A stretch of 64,000 nucleotides of DNA, from the NCBI GenBank assembly GCA_964412965.1, contig CAYPQU010000003.1, positions 2,788 to 66,787 on the forward strand. Direction: 5' to 3'. Position 1 is the first letter of the stretch, and the number at the start of each line of letters is the position of its first letter. The position numbers and the translations under genes were made by a program. Below the pieces are notes generated by a model that was not told where the DNA came from, did no database searches, and worked only from the letters and a program-made list of their open reading frames with translations. The DNA comes from an uncultured Candidatus Saccharibacteria bacterium (lineage in GTDB: Bacteria; Patescibacteriota; Minisyncoccia; Phycocordibacterales; UBA9973). Below are positions 42,501 through 50,786 of the stretch, piece after piece.

Positions 42501-43091
42501 ATATCCTTGAGCCAGTTCATGCGAAGAGAGCCCAGTTCCACATCTAGGACACCAGGGTACTATTTTATAGTCTTTATAAAGTAAATTTTGCTTATGTGCT
42601 TCTTTGATGACATTCCATACTGATTCGATGTAAGTATTATGATACGTAACATACGGATTTTCCTGATCAACCCAAAAGCCTATCCTGTCTGTGAATTTAT
42701 GCCATAAATCTGTATAGTTCCAAACATTGTGCTTGCATTCTTTATTAAATTTATCTATTCCATATTCTTCAATATCTTTTTTTGATTGCAAGTTTAACTT
42801 TTTCTCTACTTCAATTTCAACAGGAAGACCATGAGTATCCCAACCACCCTTTCTCGTGACGTGATAACCATTCATTGTCTTATAACGCAAAACCGCATCC
42901 TTAAAAGCTCTCGCCGCTAGATGGTGAATTCCAGGCTTGCCATTCGCCGTCGGAGGGCCTTCGAAGAAAACATACTCTCCCTTCGGAGAATTCTTCTCTA
43001 AACTTTTTTCAAAAATTTTATTGTCCTGCCAAAACTCTAAAACTTTTTCTTCTCTCAGTGCATTATTTGATTTTGTTTTTTCTTCGTTCAT
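39564..43091 (-). CDS. ileS: isoleucine--tRNA ligase type 2 with an inserted histidine-phosphatase domain
   Basis: GPPTANG-PGIHH, WTTTPWTL, DWAISRERYWGTP, DQTRGWFY, KMSKS; insert with RHGES..THGG. Confidence 0.95.
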   Translation of the reverse strand: MNEEKTKSNNALREEKVLEFWQDNKIFEKSLEKNSPKGEYVFFEGPPTANGKPGIHHLAARAFKDAVLRYKTMNGYHVTRKGGWDTHGLPVEIEVEKKLNLQSKKDIEEYGIDKFNKECKHNVWNYTDLWHKFTDRIGFWVDQENPYVTYHNTYIESVWNVIKEAHKQNLLYKDYKIVPWCPRCGTGLSSHELAQGYQDVKDITVYVKFKLTGASSFQVSSPDASAQVLGRGGQEPEPDHSHKHTGEEIHILVWTTTPWTLPSNVALAVGEDIDYVRVEQNGEFLILAKSRLSVLEGEYNIVEELKGKDLIGLSYEPLYPYTKAIASKEEAEKMENAYKIYGADFVTTEDGTGVVHIAPMYGQDDFELGNKVGLPKCHLVGLDGKFLEGTDFLKDRFVRDEDVAVDIIKDLAGKGLLHKKEKYEHTYPHCWRCKTALIYYARDSWYIRMSALKDKMVKENENINWEPSYIKEGRFGEWLKDIKDWAISRERYWGTPLPVWKCDTCGKIEVLGGVEDIKSKAKTSGNKYFVMRHGESENNLDGKINTSDEYRVSHLTEKGVNETRNNAEKLKNEKIDLIISSPVTRARETAIEVAKILGYDEKNILIDESLTEYKVSKYEGKTWQDYHNDYPNTEENFYKTEEGSETWNELRKRSMDFLYGLENKYQGKNILIVTHGGPAWLMLAGINGYGARQTLSMLKDFSCLVNSEIRELDFKPIPHDENYELDLHRPYIDEVDVVCDCGGKLERAKEVMDVWLDSGSMPFAQSHYPFSTTDIAYPADFISEGIDQTRGWFYTLHAVGTIMGKGKAFKNVICLGLVLDANGKKMSKSLGNGVDPWEMSDKYGVDTLRLWMYSINQPGEPKNFDEKTVAELNNKFFNLFYNVFAFYELYRDTKIVTSDKPNSKNVLDIWILSRLGELIKVSTENLENYKLLEPARAMRGFIDDLSTWYLRRSRDRIKEGDIEAKQTIYFVFKTMAKLMAPFAPFSAEDIWQKLKLENDSMSVHLGEWPEGFAYDDKVIEDMKELREIVTLGLQNRQKASIPVRQPLQEITVKKYNLKEEYVSILKDELNIKNVKFEEGQELEVILDINITEDLKKEGNYRELVRAIQDIRKKNDLNPNDLITLLIKTNEEGQGLIEKFKENIQKLVSAKAIEYKDNEGTEVKIADLTFVIKVVK
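42347..42436. repeat. in-frame 90-bp palindromic insertion in ileS
   Basis: TTTCTTCGCCTG..CAGGCGAAGAAA arms plus inner ATGCTT/AAGCAT; GC-rich. Confidence 0.75.
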
Positions 43092-43114
43092 ATGTTTTCT
43101 ATTTAACTAATAAT

Positions 43115-43412
43115 TTTAATAATTATCCAAGAAAATAAAAATAAGTCTTTGAGAAATACCTTGCGCAGAGCGACGGCTCGAGCAGAGAAATTTTTCAACA
43201 GAAAAATATTCGTGCATTTCGAGAAGAGCTTATTTTTGCTTTCTCTTAAGAAAAAAACTCGTTATTTAATAATTATCCCAAGAAAGCAAGAATAAGTCTT
43301 TGAGAAATGACTAGGGAGCGCGACGGCGCGAGCTCGAGGAATTTTTCAGCAGAAAAATATCCGTGCATTTCGAGAAGAGCTTATTTTTGCTTTCCCTTAA
43401 CAAAAAACTCGT
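43115..43412. repeat. tandem pair (~150 bp period) of structured elements in the ileS leader
   Basis: 43115-43262 resembles 43265-43412; shares its core with 9836-9873. Confidence 0.85.
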
Positions 43413-43588
43413 CCTTGTATAACAATCGACTGATTGCTACATAAGGACGAGTTTCTCTCCTCGTGGTACCACCTTAATTCCCCTAAAAGGGCTTATTTTA
43501 CAGCTTTTACGGGCTTACCCGCTAAGTTCTAATCTCCTTTTGTGGATTTCTTCTTAGTGCTCCGAGGTGATGTCCTCTTCAACGCTTC
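43402..43588 (-). promoter_or_regulatory. T-box riboswitch (Ile, AUC specifier) with terminator
   Basis: AATTAAGGTGGTACCACG T-box (43462-43479), antiterminator partner CGTCCTT, terminator AAACTCGTCCTT..AAGGACGAGTTTTTT; ATC in the loop of a short GAGG/CCTC stem. Confidence 0.9.
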
Positions 43589-43745
43589 TATATATATATT
43601 ATATCATATTTACTGTTAAATTAAAAGCGTCTGACCAGTTGACTATATAAACGACAAGCCCTCTCTGAAACGCTCCTCCTTGCGTCGGAGTCGTTTCAAA
43701 GAGGATGTAATAATGAAATAATGAAAATTCTAGGCGGGCAAACCA

Positions 43746-44534
43746 CTACCTAACACAGCGAACATAGAACCCGCTAGTCTGACTGTGGTTGTACAAGTTA
43801 CCATTGTTCATGCTCTGGTAGTAAGCGAGCGTAGTAGGCGAAGACGGAACAGGGATAGAAGACCAGTAAACGCTCGCTACGAAACCAAGAGGAGTGTAAG
43901 GTGTAGCGGTTGCTCCAGCACCTGCATAAGATGCCCAATATAGGGTTCTCAATTGTTCAATAGAAGGAAGGCGTCCGCCGTTTGTAGTACAAGCAGTTTT
44001 TGCTGTAGACCAGTTCATAGTATTGCTACCCAAAACATCATCACCTGGGAGTGAAGCTCCGGCTGATGTTACACTCCTTGTATCCCACTTAACTACTCCG
44101 TTTTCATCTACTGACCATGCTTTGAGTTCACCAGTGTCATAGATGAGGGCTGTGGCTCCGAAACGAAAGTTGTTGTCACCTAAATAAACACCACTGGTAC
44201 CTAGATAGCTAAAGCATTTAACTATAATTCCTTGGTCAATAAGAGGTTGAGCTATTTTAGCTAGATTACCTCCTGGGCCTGTACAGGTTAAATCTGAATA
44301 TGATGTATTAGAGTTTGCAAAACTACCATATTCTGCTTGATTGATGGCAGCTTGGTTGTATAGTTGTTTTAAGGAGGATTTAATAGAAGCAATCTTGCTC
44401 TTTTCTCTTGCAGAGTTTAGTGAAGTGATGACAACTGATGAGAGTATTCCGATGATTGCAATTACTACCAATAGTTCTATCAATGTAAACCCTTTGGTAA
44501 ATTTTGATGATTTAAAAATAGATTTTTTACTCAT
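43746..44534 (-). CDS. type IV pilin-like protein with C-terminal DUF1566/CLec-like domain (candidate DGR target)
   Basis: GFTLIELL prepilin motif; MNWSTAKTAC..GGRLPSIEQL..YWSS..YVRCVR; paralogue of 31363-32139. Confidence 0.85.
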   Translation of the reverse strand: MSKKSIFKSSKFTKGFTLIELLVVIAIIGILSSVVITSLNSAREKSKIASIKSSLKQLYNQAAINQAEYGSFANSNTSYSDLTCTGPGGNLAKIAQPLIDQGIIVKCFSYLGTSGVYLGDNNFRFGATALIYDTGELKAWSVDENGVVKWDTRSVTSAGASLPGDDVLGSNTMNWSTAKTACTTNGGRLPSIEQLRTLYWASYAGAGATATPYTPLGFVASVYWSSIPVPSSPTTLAYYQSMNNGNLYNHSQTSGFYVRCVR

Positions 44535-44709
44535 GTTTTTATTATATCATCATATTGTTTAACGACAACCCTTAATTATCAAATCCCCCCTTTTATACAA
44601 ACCAAACCTATATAATTAATTCCATCCATCACCTTACGCGATCGCTTGCAGTGATGTAAAATATCAAGATCTCAATTTCATAAGTTAAATCCATGTAAAA
44701 AACAACAGC

Positions 44710-44757
44710 ATTTCTATCCATTACTTTACGCGATAGCGTAAAGTAATGGATAGAAAT
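44710..44757. repeat. perfect hairpin, 22-bp arms with GATA loop
   Basis: ATTTCTATCCATTACTTTACGC-GATA-GCGTAAAGTAATGGATAGAAAT; degenerate copy at about 44624-44664. Confidence 0.9.
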
Positions 44758-44793
44758 ATTATTATTCTGCTATATCCCAACTTCCCTGGGTCT

Positions 44794-44947
44794 GGCCCAA
44801 GGGAACTGGACTAGGTGAACAGACACAAGGTAACAAATCTGAGTGAATAGGCCTATGTGAACGGACCTAGGTGAACAGACTTAGGTGAACAAACTTAAGA
44901 GAACAAACTCAGGTGGGCAGACCTAAGGGAACGAACACAAGAGGATC
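44794..44947. repeat. 11 degenerate tandem 14-bp repeats (consensus GACCTAGGTGAACA)
   Basis: Strict 14-bp period, e.g. GACCTAGGTGAACA 44864, GACTTAGGTGAACA 44878, GGACTAGGTGAACA 44808. Confidence 0.85.
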
Positions 44948-44961
44948 TTATTTTTTCTAAT

Positions 44962-45000
44962 AACACTACACTTTTGCACAAAGTGCAAAAGTGTAGTGTT
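44962..45000. terminator. perfect 18-bp hairpin, probable argS terminator
   Basis: AACACTACACTTTTGCAC-AAA-GTGCAAAAGTGTAGTGTT just after the argS stop. Confidence 0.65.
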
Positions 45001-45010
45001 TTCTTTCTTT

Positions 45011-46711
45011 TTACATTTTGTCTGGTATTTTTATACCCAAAAGCCATAAGCCATTTTCCATTGTTTGATAAAAAGCTTTTATCAAGTCCAGATGATATTT
45101 TACATTCTTGTTATCTTCTACTAGAATTTTAGTGTTACCATAAAAAGCATTAAAGGAACTTGCGAGCTCTGTAAGATATTTAACGATATGATGTGGTTCG
45201 AGATTTGTGTAAGATTTTTCTACTACTTCACCAAATTGATATAAATTCTTTTCTAATTCAGAAGTCTCATTTGGAATTTCCCCTCTTCCCTCCAAGCTAA
45301 AATCTTTTGATTTAGCCAAAATAGAATTCGCTCGAACAGCCGTGTATTGCAAGTACGGACCCGAGTCTCCATCAAAAGAAATTGATTTGTCAAAGTCATA
45401 AATTATGTCTGAACCCAGTGAAGATTTTAATATTGAATATCGAAGAGCGGCAACTCCTACAAATTCTCCTATTTGATTCTTTTCTTCTTCGCTAAATTCT
45501 CGTTCTGCAATCTTTTCTCGAACAACTGAAATAGAATCACTTATCAGAGATTCTCCTGTGATGATATTCCCTTTTCGTGATGACATCTTGCCGGTTGAGA
45601 GCTTCATCATACCGTGTGTGACATGTTTCATTTTCTTTTCCATTTCTGGGTACATTAGCGAAATCGCCTTTTGGACTACTTTCATATAATCGGCTTGCTC
45701 AATAGCTGTAGTGACAATTGAAATATCGGGATTTTCTTTTTTAAACTTAGTTAAAGTAAGACCTATCTCTTTTGTCTCATAAGTGGGAACTCCTTGAGAA
45801 TTTATAAATACACGGGTGTGAAGCTTGGGGTCATAATTTTCTCCATGAAAAACAACAGCCCCATCTGATTCTTCAAAGATTTTTCCAATATTATCCCGCA
45901 CAATCTTTTCTCCTATGTGTATCATGTCACTTTCAAAAAAATAATGCTTAAATTTTGTATCCAGAATTTTATAAATTACCTCAAAGGCCTCAAGGGTGAT
46001 TTCTCTGCCCCAATTATATATATCTTTTATGCTTTCATCTTTTAAATAAATCTTTTTATTTAGTTCGTCTATTTCCTTTTTTACTGATTCGTCCTCATCG
46101 TAAAGATTGCTTGCTTTTGAATAACATTCTCCAATATAAATTGCCTTCTCTGAAACATTTTTATCCTCTTCAGGTAAGCCAAATTTATTTAGACCATATA
46201 TAGCCTTAGCGACGTGTAGTCCTATATCCCCCTGATAATTAGCTCGTATTGTCTCTGCTCCAGAAAATTCAACAATTCTCGAAACTGATTCACCGACAGC
46301 ATTAGCCATCAAGTGACCAATATGAAACGGCTTAAATGGATTAGGATCGGTATATTCCACCATCACTTTTTTGCCCGCTAAAATTTTATTCTTCCCCCAA
46401 TTTTCTTTGTTATCTAAAATATCTTTTACGATATGAGTAAAGAATTCTCGCGAAAGATAAAAATTAATAAATCCCGGCCCAGCAATTTCTATTTTTTCAA
46501 TTTCTCTTGGTAAATCTTTTTCTGCTTCAATCTTTATTTCTTCGGCCAACTGCCTTGGATTCTTTCCCACCTTTTTAGCACAAACCATAGCCACGTTCGT
46601 AGAATAATCTCCGTGACTAAAATCATCTGGATGCTCAACCACAAAAGAAACCTCTTCAATTCCGAGATTTTTCAAAACTTCTTTTATTTTATTTTCTATT
46701 ATATTTTTCAT
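45011..46711 (-). CDS. argS: arginine--tRNA ligase
   Basis: GDYSTN, AGPGFINF, PNPFKPFHIGH, MSSRKG, GPYLQY. Confidence 0.96.
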   Translation of the reverse strand: MKNIIENKIKEVLKNLGIEEVSFVVEHPDDFSHGDYSTNVAMVCAKKVGKNPRQLAEEIKIEAEKDLPREIEKIEIAGPGFINFYLSREFFTHIVKDILDNKENWGKNKILAGKKVMVEYTDPNPFKPFHIGHLMANAVGESVSRIVEFSGAETIRANYQGDIGLHVAKAIYGLNKFGLPEEDKNVSEKAIYIGECYSKASNLYDEDESVKKEIDELNKKIYLKDESIKDIYNWGREITLEAFEVIYKILDTKFKHYFFESDMIHIGEKIVRDNIGKIFEESDGAVVFHGENYDPKLHTRVFINSQGVPTYETKEIGLTLTKFKKENPDISIVTTAIEQADYMKVVQKAISLMYPEMEKKMKHVTHGMMKLSTGKMSSRKGNIITGESLISDSISVVREKIAEREFSEEEKNQIGEFVGVAALRYSILKSSLGSDIIYDFDKSISFDGDSGPYLQYTAVRANSILAKSKDFSLEGRGEIPNETSELEKNLYQFGEVVEKSYTNLEPHHIVKYLTELASSFNAFYGNTKILVEDNKNVKYHLDLIKAFYQTMENGLWLLGIKIPDKM

Positions 46712-46712
46712 G

Positions 46713-47135
46713 TTACTTACCTGTAGATCCGAAACCCTGATCTCCTCTTACAGTATTTGATAATTCTATACTTTCTACAATATCACAATCTTCAAACTTT
46801 TGTATGATCATTTGAGCTATCTTTTCTCCCTTTTTAATTTCTACTTCATAATCGTTAGTATTAAATAAATGGAATAACATTTCTCCACGATATCCAGAAT
46901 CTATAACTCCTCCCATTGTCTTTAATCCTTTTTTAAAAGCTATGCTTGATTTATCCCATACCAAACCAACGAATCCTTCAGGTATCTCTATGGCCACCCC
47001 AGAAAAAACATCTCTTGCTTCTCTTGGCGGGAAGACAACATCTTCCACAGTATAGAAATCAATTCCAGCATCTCCTGGATGTCCTTTTGTGGGGGTCTTC
47101 GCGTCTTCTCTTAGTTTTTTTACCTTTAATTCCAT
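46713..47135 (-). CDS. dut: dUTP diphosphatase
   Basis: AGIDF, GVIDSGYRGE, IAQ, RGDQGFGSTG. Confidence 0.95.
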   Translation of the reverse strand: MELKVKKLREDAKTPTKGHPGDAGIDFYTVEDVVFPPREARDVFSGVAIEIPEGFVGLVWDKSSIAFKKGLKTMGGVIDSGYRGEMLFHLFNTNDYEVEIKKGEKIAQMIIQKFEDCDIVESIELSNTVRGDQGFGSTGK

Positions 47136-47233
47136 AGGTTTATTTTAGCATTTTTGAGACAAAACTAAAAATTGACTTTTAGTGATACAATGATAGTATT
47201 AATCAAAACATTAACCTTTTAAAAATAATAACT

Positions 47234-48106
47234 ATGAAAGTTTATTTAAATATCGTAGAGAAAATACTCAACGAGGGCGTACTGTGCCCAAACAGGACAG
47301 GTATATCTGCTTATACGATAGCTGGAGCTACGTTCGAACACGACATGTCTAAAGGATTTCCTTTGCTTACCACAAAAAAGATTCCTTTTAATCTTATTGC
47401 AAGCGAATTGGAGTTTTTTATCAAAGGAATAACCGACAAAAAGTGGTTACAAGAAAGAGGAAATCACATATGGGATGAGTGGGCTAAACCCCAACTTGCT
47501 CCATATGGCCATGATGAAGAATCAAAGAAAAAAATGCTTGAAGAGAGAGACCTGGGACCAATCTACGGTTATCAATGGAGGCACTTTAATGCCCCTTACG
47601 AAAATTATCAAACTGACTACTTCGGCAAAGGAATCGACCAGCTCAAAAAAATGATTGAGACATTAAAATCCAATCCTCGAGACAGGAGAATGATCGTCAA
47701 TGCCTGGAACCCCATACAGTTTGACGAGATGGCCCTACCCCCTTGTCATTATGCATTTCAAGTAACAGTCATAGATGGAAAATTAAATCTTCTTTGGAAC
47801 CAAAGGTCAGTGGATACCATGGTTGGACTACCATTCAACATTGCAAGCTACGCCCTTCTACTTCACCTGCTAGCAAAAGAAGCCGGGTTAAAAGAAGGCA
47901 GACTCATTGGATTCCTGGCGGACGTTCACATCTACGAGAACCACGTCGAAGGAGCAAGAGAACAACTTTCTCGTGATACAGAAAAGCACCCTCTCCCAAA
48001 AATAGAAACAAAGAACTGGAAATCAATTTTTGACTGGGACTTTGAAGACACTGAAATCAAAGACTATAAGAGTTATGACAAGATAGGTTTTAAAATAGCT
48101 ATCTAG
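47234..48106 (+). CDS. thyA: thymidylate synthase
   Basis: FPLLTTKK, GPIYGYQWR, ALPPCH, QRSVD..GLPFN. Confidence 0.96.
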   Translation: MKVYLNIVEKILNEGVLCPNRTGISAYTIAGATFEHDMSKGFPLLTTKKIPFNLIASELEFFIKGITDKKWLQERGNHIWDEWAKPQLAPYGHDEESKKKMLEERDLGPIYGYQWRHFNAPYENYQTDYFGKGIDQLKKMIETLKSNPRDRRMIVNAWNPIQFDEMALPPCHYAFQVTVIDGKLNLLWNQRSVDTMVGLPFNIASYALLLHLLAKEAGLKEGRLIGFLADVHIYENHVEGAREQLSRDTEKHPLPKIETKNWKSIFDWDFEDTEIKDYKSYDKIGFKIAI

Positions 48107-48150
48107 TATAACTTTAAAATCCTCATATCGTAAAACGATATGAGGATTTT

Positions 48151-48708
48151 TTATTTGTTTATTTTTTCAATTATCTTATCTATTTGTCGATGCAATTCCT
48201 CCAATGTACCGTTGTTTTCTATCAAGAAGTCAGCTATTTTAATCACCTCTGGTATTTGCCTATCAGCCTCAGCGTTTTCGTCTTTTAGAAAATCTTCATA
48301 TGTTTTAGAGCTATCTTCTTCGTTTTCGTTTCTAACTTTCATTCTTTCGTAACGCAACATAGAATCAGCATCTACAGCTAAGATAAAGAAGTTGGGCAAG
48401 TTTTTTAAATTATTCATATCTGTAAATCTTCTTATCCCATCTACAATTACTATTTTTGAATCTATCTTTCCTACATCACTTATTATTGTCTTTGAAAGCA
48501 AATCTTCTCCAAAATTAGATCTTAGCGAGGTGGAAACTTTTTGTAAATTATCTCTGGTGATTGGTATATTTAGCCTGTTTAAAACATCCCTAAAAATATC
48601 CGAAAACTTACACCCCTTGGCACCATGTTTATTTATCAAATATTCTTTTACTGCCCCTTTGCCACTAGCCAGAGTTCCAACTAGTCCTATGATTATTTTA
48701 TTTTCCAT
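48151..48708 (-). CDS. P-loop nucleoside monophosphate / dephospho-CoA-like kinase
   Basis: GTLASGKG Walker A, VDGIR, IENNGT. Confidence 0.8.
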   Translation of the reverse strand: MENKIIIGLVGTLASGKGAVKEYLINKHGAKGCKFSDIFRDVLNRLNIPITRDNLQKVSTSLRSNFGEDLLSKTIISDVGKIDSKIVIVDGIRRFTDMNNLKNLPNFFILAVDADSMLRYERMKVRNENEEDSSKTYEDFLKDENAEADRQIPEVIKIADFLIENNGTLEELHRQIDKIIEKINK

Positions 48709-49195
48709 CTTTTTTCTTTAAATTATACTGTCTCATTTTGACCTTGGCTAAAGTGAATAACTTGCGGCTTGCGTTAAACTGAGGAGAGCCTTTATATTTA
48801 TCACTAGAGTAAACCACCTCCTTAATTCCATTTTGTATTATCGTCTTCGCACATTCGTTGCACGGAAAAAGCGTACAATAAATTTTACATCCGTGTGTAG
48901 AATTATTAGCATTATAGACAGCATTTTCTTCTGCGTGACAGACATATGGATATTTGGTATCTTCAAAATCACCTTCCCTGGCCCAGGACAATGCATTCGC
49001 CTCTATACCTCTAGGCCAACCATTATAACCAGCTCCAACCATTATATTGTTATCATTGACTATTATTGCTCCAGCTTGAGTAGAAGGGTCCTGTGATCTA
49101 TCGGCTATTACATGAGCCATTTGCATAAAACACTCGTCCCAAGAAATACGATTCTCTCTAGGTTTTATCTTTGTTGTTGTTTTTTTAGTTACCAT
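48698..49195 (-). CDS. dCMP deaminase
   Basis: RSQDPSTQAGA, GYNG, HAEEN, PCNEC zinc motif. Confidence 0.92.
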   Translation of the reverse strand: MVTKKTTTKIKPRENRISWDECFMQMAHVIADRSQDPSTQAGAIIVNDNNIMVGAGYNGWPRGIEANALSWAREGDFEDTKYPYVCHAEENAVYNANNSTHGCKIYCTLFPCNECAKTIIQNGIKEVVYSSDKYKGSPQFNASRKLFTLAKVKMRQYNLKKKDGK

Positions 49196-49330
49196 TTTTA
49201 TAAAATTAATTAGCAAACAAATAATGTTTTTATTATACCTAAAAATTGTTTTAAACAGAAATCTTTTTCTAATACTTGACTTTTAAGACTGTGCATGTAT
49301 AATAGTAAATGAACTTCTAAATTTAATACT

Positions 49331-49516
49331 ATGCATGTTCTAGCCATTATGGGAATTGATTCCCCCGAAAATCGCAAGAAAGCTCTCTCGGTAATTAAGA
49401 GCAACAGAAAGTCTCCAATAATTCTTTTTTTACAAAGTGGAGACAGAAAGCTCCATAAAAAAATTGAGAAGTACAAGAAAAAACACCCGAGAGCTATCAT
49501 ACGAAAGTTTGAATGA
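49331..49516 (+). CDS. small basic hypothetical protein
   Basis: Preceded by TTGACT-16-TATAAT (49276-49303) and followed by hairpin AAAGGCGCC..GGCGCCTTT. Confidence 0.5.
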   Translation: MHVLAIMGIDSPENRKKALSVIKSNRKSPIILFLQSGDRKLHKKIEKYKKKHPRAIIRKFE

Positions 49517-49560
49517 AAGGCATGTAATCCTAAAGGCGCCCCAAGGCGCCTTTTGTTTTT

Positions 49561-49956
49561 TTATTCTGTTGTTATTCCGTCAAAATCTGCTTCGTTTTGT
49601 TCTGCTTCATCTTTTGTCACTCTTACAATTCCATCTTTATGATGAGCTGGAGAATAAATTGTATACATCTTTAATCCCTCATCCCCCGCTATGACATTAT
49701 GTCTTGCTCCTTTTGGCACGACAACAGCATCTCCATCTTCAACTTCATATTCAGTCTCATTTATAACAACCCTACCCTTACCTTTTTCAAAACGAAAGAA
49801 TTGATCATTCTCATCATGAATCTCCATTCCTATGTCTTCATTGGGGCCGAGACTCATCAAAACTAATTGACTACTTTCTCCCGTATAAAGAACCTTTCGA
49901 AATTTATCATTTTCTTCTGTTAATTTTTCTATGTTATCTTTAAATCCTTTTTTCAT
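49561..49956 (-). CDS. cupin domain protein
   Basis: FRKVLYTG, QLVLM, EIH..DQFF..E, HNV, YTIYSP. Confidence 0.88.
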   Translation of the reverse strand: MKKGFKDNIEKLTEENDKFRKVLYTGESSQLVLMSLGPNEDIGMEIHDENDQFFRFEKGKGRVVINETEYEVEDGDAVVVPKGARHNVIAGDEGLKMYTIYSPAHHKDGIVRVTKDEAEQNEADFDGITTE

Positions 49957-49973
49957 ATGTTTTTGTTTTTTAA

Positions 49974-50645
49974 TTAATAATAATTATATAACTTTTCGAC
50001 TTCTTCTAAATTTTCTTCATTTTTCTGTTCGTTTAATAAATCTTTCATGTATTTTTTATACTGAGATGCATAATCTTGATACATTTTTGCTATTACCAAA
50101 TATCCCAACGGAAGGGTTAGGAGTATGCCTACACCAAAAACCAAAGATCCTGCTAATATAAAAGACATAATAATCAACCCTTTCCAAAAAAGCTTCCACC
50201 CATTATTTCTGGTCATCAACCAAGATTCAGAAATACTTTTTGTAGCACTTTGTTTTTTAATAGCACACAAAAATGGTGCGAATATTATTCTTCCTCCTAT
50301 ATAAAAAGCTGGAAAAACTAAAAACGGTAAAGATGTTATGATAAGAAAAAACGTCAAAATAATTGTTTTGGAAATATCCCAATACTGTGAGAGTGTCGGA
50401 AAAGTCTTTCTGCTAAAAAAATCATAATATTCATCCTTTAATAAACCAATCGAATATATTATCCAGATGAAAGTAATTAGACCAATAGTGGCTAATGTTA
50501 AGATAAAACCAAAAAATTTTGCATCTTGAAAAACAGCATTAAGGATTAGTGTGACAGCAGACAGTAATGTTAAAAGACCAAAATTAACCTTATAAATAGG
50601 CCAAACTTCTTTTATTGCTTTTAATATACTAAAATTAAAATACAT
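49974..50645 (-). CDS. integral membrane protein (DUF975-like)
   Basis: Multi-TM; SWLMTRNNGWKLF, G-x-L-x-FGVGILLTLP. Confidence 0.7.
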   Translation of the reverse strand: MYFNFSILKAIKEVWPIYKVNFGLLTLLSAVTLILNAVFQDAKFFGFILTLATIGLITFIWIIYSIGLLKDEYYDFFSRKTFPTLSQYWDISKTIILTFFLIITSLPFLVFPAFYIGGRIIFAPFLCAIKKQSATKSISESWLMTRNNGWKLFWKGLIIMSFILAGSLVFGVGILLTLPLGYLVIAKMYQDYASQYKKYMKDLLNEQKNEENLEEVEKLYNYY

Positions 50646-50786
50646 GATTTTATGGATTAAATTATTAAGACTATGGCGCTTCTATTATAACAATAAAAAC
50701 AAAAAAATGGTAATAGATTTATCCAATTGACAAATATTTTTTAAAGCATAATATAAAAACTAAACTAAACTTTAAAACTATGAACT

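Noticed and set aside
44794-44947. CRISPR array
   Set aside because: Units are contiguous degenerate 14-mers with no unique spacers, and there are no cas genes
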